Source of the DNA: a virus | Taxonomy: Duplodnaviria > Caudoviricetes | IMG/VR virus record: IMGVR_UViG_3300007643_000002 | Coordinates: 1-27,038 of that record | DNA: 27,038 bases | Direction: 5' to 3' (one strand) | Shown: one piece after another, positions 23,227 to 27,038 of the stretch | How the letters are laid out: every line of letters begins with the position of its first letter | Position numbering within the stretch: the stretch's first letter is position 1 | The notes under the pieces: generated by a model | Databases searched by the model: none | The model's input: only the letters and a program-made list of their open reading frames with translations | What the model was told of the DNA's origin: nothing | Program-made: the position numbers and the translations under genes

Positions 23227-24776
23227 AAATCCAGCTCCTTCAAGCCCGCCCGCAAATCCTTAACCGACCCACCAGCACCCAACAAACGCCCATGCAAACC
23301 AGACACCGCCTCCGCAGCAGCCGCAGGCAAACCCTCAACCACAACCGCCACATCAACGCCCTCAAGCGACTCCTGCCGAGACAGGCGCCCCATCACCGTC
23401 GAGGCCGCCGTCCGCGCTGCAGGCGAATCCTCGGCATCGTCGACGCCGCCGACCGAGCCGTCCTTATCCAGATCACGGCCGCCAGCCTCATCCAACGCCA
23501 CAAGCGCCGCATTCACCAACGGACGATCACCGCCAGGGAGCGGCACCAAATTATCCTCACCACGAATCTCATTGACAGTCCGCTGGGCAGTCTGCAACTG
23601 AACTGAACGGGTCTGCGCCAACGCCTCCGGTGAACCACGCAACACCTTCGACTCCATGTGATCCATGAAGAACGCCGAACCGTAATCAGGTTCACCGCCC
23701 GCACCATGACGGCCATCACGCAAATCGTGATCCACCACCGACTCAAACCGCCGCAAATGCGGCTGCATCGTCGTGCGCAACACATCCCGCAACAACTCTT
23801 CAACGTTGTTGAAAGTCGCCCGCTCCAAATCATGCAACGCCGGCGGAGTCAAATCGAACACCGCACCAACCTCACGGTCAGTCAGCTTCCGCAACTCCAA
23901 ATACTCCAGGCCCTTCTCGATCCGAAGTTCCTTGATATCAACGCCGCCATCGAGAACCAAAGGTTTCTGCCAGTTCGCAACGCCGCCATGCGCCGCCTGG
24001 ACCTTGTCTTGAATCTGCTGGATAATCGCCGGACGGTTAGAGAAATCGTCGTCAGAAGTCAGAGCGAACGCAGGCCGCGCCCCCCGCTTCCACATCGACT
24101 CCATAGCCTGCCTGGCCGAACCGTCATCCTCAAGAGTCCCACGAAGAGACTCCAACTTAGAGAGACCCCACTCTTCGTTGTCGGGGTTGAAGTTCTTCAA
24201 CACCACAAGGTCACGGCGCGCTATCTGAAACTCCACACCATGCGCCAACTGATACCACCAGAAGCAACCCGTATCAAGCTCGTGCTCAGTCAGCCTGGCC
24301 CGGTCGGCGACCTTCCAACACTGCCCCTGCTCCGCGCCGTACCGCATACGCCCCGGGTGAAACACCAACAACTCGGTAGGGCGGCCGAGGCCATCGCGCT
24401 GCTTGGCCGCAAACGCAGTGCCATGCAGATAGTAGAAATGTAGGAACCGATCCCAGAACTCGGCCGCAGACATCCGAGACGGGCAAGGGTCCGCCATCAA
24501 CCTGCCCAGCGGAGAGTCAGGCGCTTCAGACTTCACGCCATCAGACGCCCGCCTGAACACACCAATCGGGATCATCGCGTGAAGCGAAGAGAGCTTGTCG
24601 ACCACTTTCCGCACCGACGGCTGACACCGATACATGTGGTCATAGGATGATTGCCGGTACAGCGTCAGTAGCGGGTGGGCAGCGTTACCGCCGGCCCCAG
24701 TCCACTCGAGCGGCGACGACCACGGCCCAGTGGCCGATGTCGTGACCGTCTGGCCGCCAGTGCCGAAGACGGCCAC
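23223..24776 (-). CDS. Portal protein, HK97 family
   Basis: 517 aa; FNPDNEEWGLSKLESL, LVLDGG, ATFNNVEE and TVNEIRGEDNLVPLPGGD are HK97-type portal motifs. Confidence 0.95.
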   Translation of the reverse strand: MAVFGTGGQTVTTSATGPWSSPLEWTGAGGNAAHPLLTLYRQSSYDHMYRCQPSVRKVVDKLSSLHAMIPIGVFRRASDGVKSEAPDSPLGRLMADPCPSRMSAAEFWDRFLHFYYLHGTAFAAKQRDGLGRPTELLVFHPGRMRYGAEQGQCWKVADRARLTEHELDTGCFWWYQLAHGVEFQIARRDLVVLKNFNPDNEEWGLSKLESLRGTLEDDGSARQAMESMWKRGARPAFALTSDDDFSNRPAIIQQIQDKVQAAHGGVANWQKPLVLDGGVDIKELRIEKGLEYLELRKLTDREVGAVFDLTPPALHDLERATFNNVEELLRDVLRTTMQPHLRRFESVVDHDLRDGRHGAGGEPDYGSAFFMDHMESKVLRGSPEALAQTRSVQLQTAQRTVNEIRGEDNLVPLPGGDRPLVNAALVALDEAGGRDLDKDGSVGGVDDAEDSPAARTAASTVMGRLSRQESLEGVDVAVVVEGLPAAAAEAVSGLHGRLLGAGGSVKDLRAGLKELDL

Positions 24777-25213
24777 TAGCTCACCCCGGTAGAGAACTTG
24801 ACCTGGCCAGCCGGGATACTCACATGATCGATCTGCTCAGCGTGCTTCGTCGCACCGTCAGTAAACATCGCCGAACGGCCACCGACCGACTCGAGCCGGA
24901 CCATCTTGTCATCCCACGCCACCACAAGCCCCTGATAGCCGTCGCCATTGAGGTCGTTAATCAACGCCCACTCGCCAATTAGATCGTCACGGCACGACGA
25001 CTGCAGCGCGTCCACAGCCGCGCTCAGCCGCGCTATCTCGCCCTTCTGATCATTGACAGCGGCCTTGATCTCATCGACACGGACCCTGTGGCCCTCGGCG
25101 TTAGCCTCAGCCAACTGGCGCCCAACGTTGGCCCGGCGGGCGCCCAACGCCCACACCACAGGCATGACACCGACGGCCGTGGCCAGCAGCACTACAAGCA
25201 CGATGACCATCAT
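24776..25213 (-). CDS. Membrane-anchored coiled-coil protein with a C-terminal Sm/LSm-like domain
   Basis: 3' part of ORF 24776..25492; likely ATG at 25213 behind GAGG, just after the terL stop (145 aa). TM segment VIVLVVLLATAVGVMPVVWAL, heptad region, then ALINDLNGDGYQGLVVAWDDKMVRLE...VSIPAGQVKF. Confidence 0.7.
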   Translation of the reverse strand: MMVIVLVVLLATAVGVMPVVWALGARRANVGRQLAEANAEGHRVRVDEIKAAVNDQKGEIARLSAAVDALQSSCRDDLIGEWALINDLNGDGYQGLVVAWDDKMVRLESVGGRSAMFTDGATKHAEQIDHVSIPAGQVKFSTGVS

Positions 25214-25223
25214 CAAACCTCGA

Positions 25224-26702
25224 TCAATCCCAAGAGAACAACCCGCCACGCTCCAACACCGGAGACCCCGCCGCCACAGGCTCATCAACCAACAACGCCG
25301 CCCCACCAAGAGCGACCGTCCCCGCCTCCAAAGCCCCCACAGACTCGGCCCCATTCGCCCGAACCCAACACCACAAATCACGCAACGGCCTCGTCTTAGC
25401 CTCAGCCAACGCCCCAGCAAACTCCGCCTGGCCACGATGCCACAACCGGCCCTCACTGACCGCAGAAGCCAAACGCCCACAAGCGCTCGCATACTTCCCA
25501 GTGCTCAACGCCTCAACCTCAAAACCAGCCGCCTCGAGATCGGGCACCAACGCAGCCGCAGGGCCGCCACCATCGAGAGCGACAGACCGCAACGCAGCGT
25601 GAGCACCAAACATCTCGACCACAGCACCAACAACCCACGTCGTACCGCTCGCAGTCTTTGCGTGGTCAACATGCCAATCACCATCGCCACGCCGCCCAGC
25701 GACAACCAACGTCGAAAACCCCAGGTCCGGGTCAACAGCGACACCGACGACAGCGCCCGACTCGATCGAGCTCGCCGGGTCGATCTGCCGTTCCCACACC
25801 TCGGCCGCGATCTCCTTCTGGCACTCTTCGTCCTCACCCATATCAGTCTGGTTGAGGAACGCCCGCCTGAAATCCCGCTCAGGCAACTTCAAAAACCCGG
25901 CAATACGCTTCTCAGTAATCGTATGACCGAGCGCAGGCATCACCTGCCGCCAAACCTCACGGTCCCGATAATCGCACTCGTCGTCAGCCGACCACTCGAT
26001 GTGACAAACACCATCAGTCACACCCTCAGCCACCGCCTGGCGGCCGAGCTGCTGATGGTGATTCAAGTAAACCGACTTCTTCTTACCGGCAGTCGAAGCC
26101 ACCCAAAGCTGCGGCGACCAAACCGTCGACATCGTCGGAACAAAACCCTGATCAACATCATGCGACCGGTGAGCGAAAGCCTCATCCAAAACCACCATGT
26201 GGTTCGTGTCCGAATGGCCCGCCTCTTCACCGACCGCAGACAAAGTGAACAGGCTGTCAGTCTCAAAAAACTCGATCGACTCGTTACCGCTCGAAGTCGC
26301 AACGTGATAGTCGCGCCCCTCCTCGAGCAGCTTCACCGCCCTCAACCGAGGCAGCATCTCCCGCTTCCATTTCTTGCGGGCCAGCTTCAATTCCTGGGCC
26401 GTGTAGACCACGTTCTGCCGCTGAAACTTCAACAGCCGCCAGAACATCACCGCCATAATCAGGCTCGACTTGCCGTTCTGGCGAGGAACCATCAACACCA
26501 CGGTCTCGTAAACGAGCTCCCCAGTGTCAGGATCGTACTCGAGCGTCACATCCAAGACGTGCCGCTGCCAAGGCATCATCTCCCAACCCAACCGCCGAGC
26601 CAGATTAGCGGCATCACCACCGTAGGTAGGGCGGTCAGTGCGAGGCGTACCGAACGTCGGCGCCGGGAAACTAGCTGAACAGACCTTCTCGATTGTCTTC
26701 AC
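25224..26702 (-). CDS. terL: Terminase large subunit
   Basis: MMPWQ, Walker A VPRQNGKSS, Walker B VVLDEAF, STAG coupling motif and PALGHTIT. Likely start is GTG at 26702 with GGAG upstream; the track start at 26801 overlaps terS too far. Confidence 0.95.
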   Translation of the reverse strand: MKTIEKVCSASFPAPTFGTPRTDRPTYGGDAANLARRLGWEMMPWQRHVLDVTLEYDPDTGELVYETVVLMVPRQNGKSSLIMAVMFWRLLKFQRQNVVYTAQELKLARKKWKREMLPRLRAVKLLEEGRDYHVATSSGNESIEFFETDSLFTLSAVGEEAGHSDTNHMVVLDEAFAHRSHDVDQGFVPTMSTVWSPQLWVASTAGKKKSVYLNHHQQLGRQAVAEGVTDGVCHIEWSADDECDYRDREVWRQVMPALGHTITEKRIAGFLKLPERDFRRAFLNQTDMGEDEECQKEIAAEVWERQIDPASSIESGAVVGVAVDPDLGFSTLVVAGRRGDGDWHVDHAKTASGTTWVVGAVVEMFGAHAALRSVALDGGGPAAALVPDLEAAGFEVEALSTGKYASACGRLASAVSEGRLWHRGQAEFAGALAEAKTRPLRDLWCWVRANGAESVGALEAGTVALGGAALLVDEPVAAGSPVLERGGLFSWD

Positions 26703-26979
26703 GGCAGAACTTCTCCAACGAATCGAGCAAGCCACGCAACTCCTTAGACACCGCAGCCGGCGCAGGCCGCTCACTCGACGGAGAATCAAGTTCCTTCGCA
26801 AGCGTCATAGCCATCTCAGCCCGGGCCAAGTCGGCCTCGGTCACACCATCGCCGGCCACCTTCGCCACCACAGCAGCCACGCTCGACTCGACCGACCGAG
26901 CCGACTCAAGGAACTTCAGCCGCTCAACAAGCTGCACTTTCGTCATCGAAGAGAAATCCACGGCAATCCTTGACATCAA
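26671..26979 (-). CDS. terS: Terminase small subunit (putative)
   Basis: ~100-aa helical protein overlapping the terL start; AMTLAKELD...AAVSKELRGLLDSL resembles actinophage TerS. Exact start uncertain. Confidence 0.7.
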   Translation of the reverse strand: MMSRIAVDFSSMTKVQLVERLKFLESARSVESSVAAVVAKVAGDGVTEADLARAEMAMTLAKELDSPSSERPAPAAVSKELRGLLDSLEKFCREDNREGLFS

Positions 26980-27038
26980 CCCATCGGGGCACTAAGGGCA
27001 AACGGTCGGATCTCGCCAGATTTCGCTGTATGTATGCG

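Larger units (their letters stand above)
1..27038 (-). mobile_element. Siphovirus/prophage packaging, head, tail and lysis module (partial genome)
   Basis: Canonical terminase-portal-protease-capsid-connector-tail-TMP-baseplate-fibre-lysis order, all on the minus strand with overlapping or abutting stop/start codons. No integrase or att site is visible, so prophage versus free phage cannot be decided. Confidence 0.95.

Noticed and set aside
25214-25492. Arg-rich N-terminal extension of ORF 24776..25492
   Set aside because: Out-of-frame overlap with the terL 3' end; a better start with RBS lies at 25213.
25053-26678. 541-aa plus-strand ORF
   Set aside because: Antisense shadow of terL; R/H/P/Q-rich with no motifs, as expected from high GC and strand skew.
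1-27038. CRISPR array, tRNA/rRNA, integrase/att site, IS element or invertase-shufflon
   Set aside because: None seen; intergenic gaps are all under ~90 bp, and I noticed no nucleotide-level repeats flanking the fibre tips by eye.

Overview
The whole window is one minus-strand, tightly coupled late operon of a GC-rich siphovirus or prophage, most likely infecting an actinobacterium (inferred from composition and protein styles). Read right to left: small and large terminase, a membrane-anchored Sm/LSm-like protein, HK97-type portal, ClpP-type (S14) prohead protease, HK97-fold major capsid, a 64-aa protein, head-tail adaptor, tail terminator, major tail protein, an HK97 gp10-like protein, tail assembly chaperone with a -1 frameshift site, tape measure, Dit and a Tal/ReqiPepy6 gp37-like protein. 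Next comes an unusually large (~12.8 kb, nine-gene) array of modular fibre, adhesin and depolymerase genes, then two small membrane proteins and a signal-bearing peptidoglycan-binding protein that runs off the left edge and is missing from the ORF track. The most striking observation is that the adaptor N-terminus carries a 14-aa copy (11/14 identical, six synonymous codon changes) of the capsid segment containing the Asn equivalent to HK97 crosslink residue N356, while the capsid keeps the full K/N/E chainmail triad. All family assignments come from motif recognition and gene order by eye; no searches were run.
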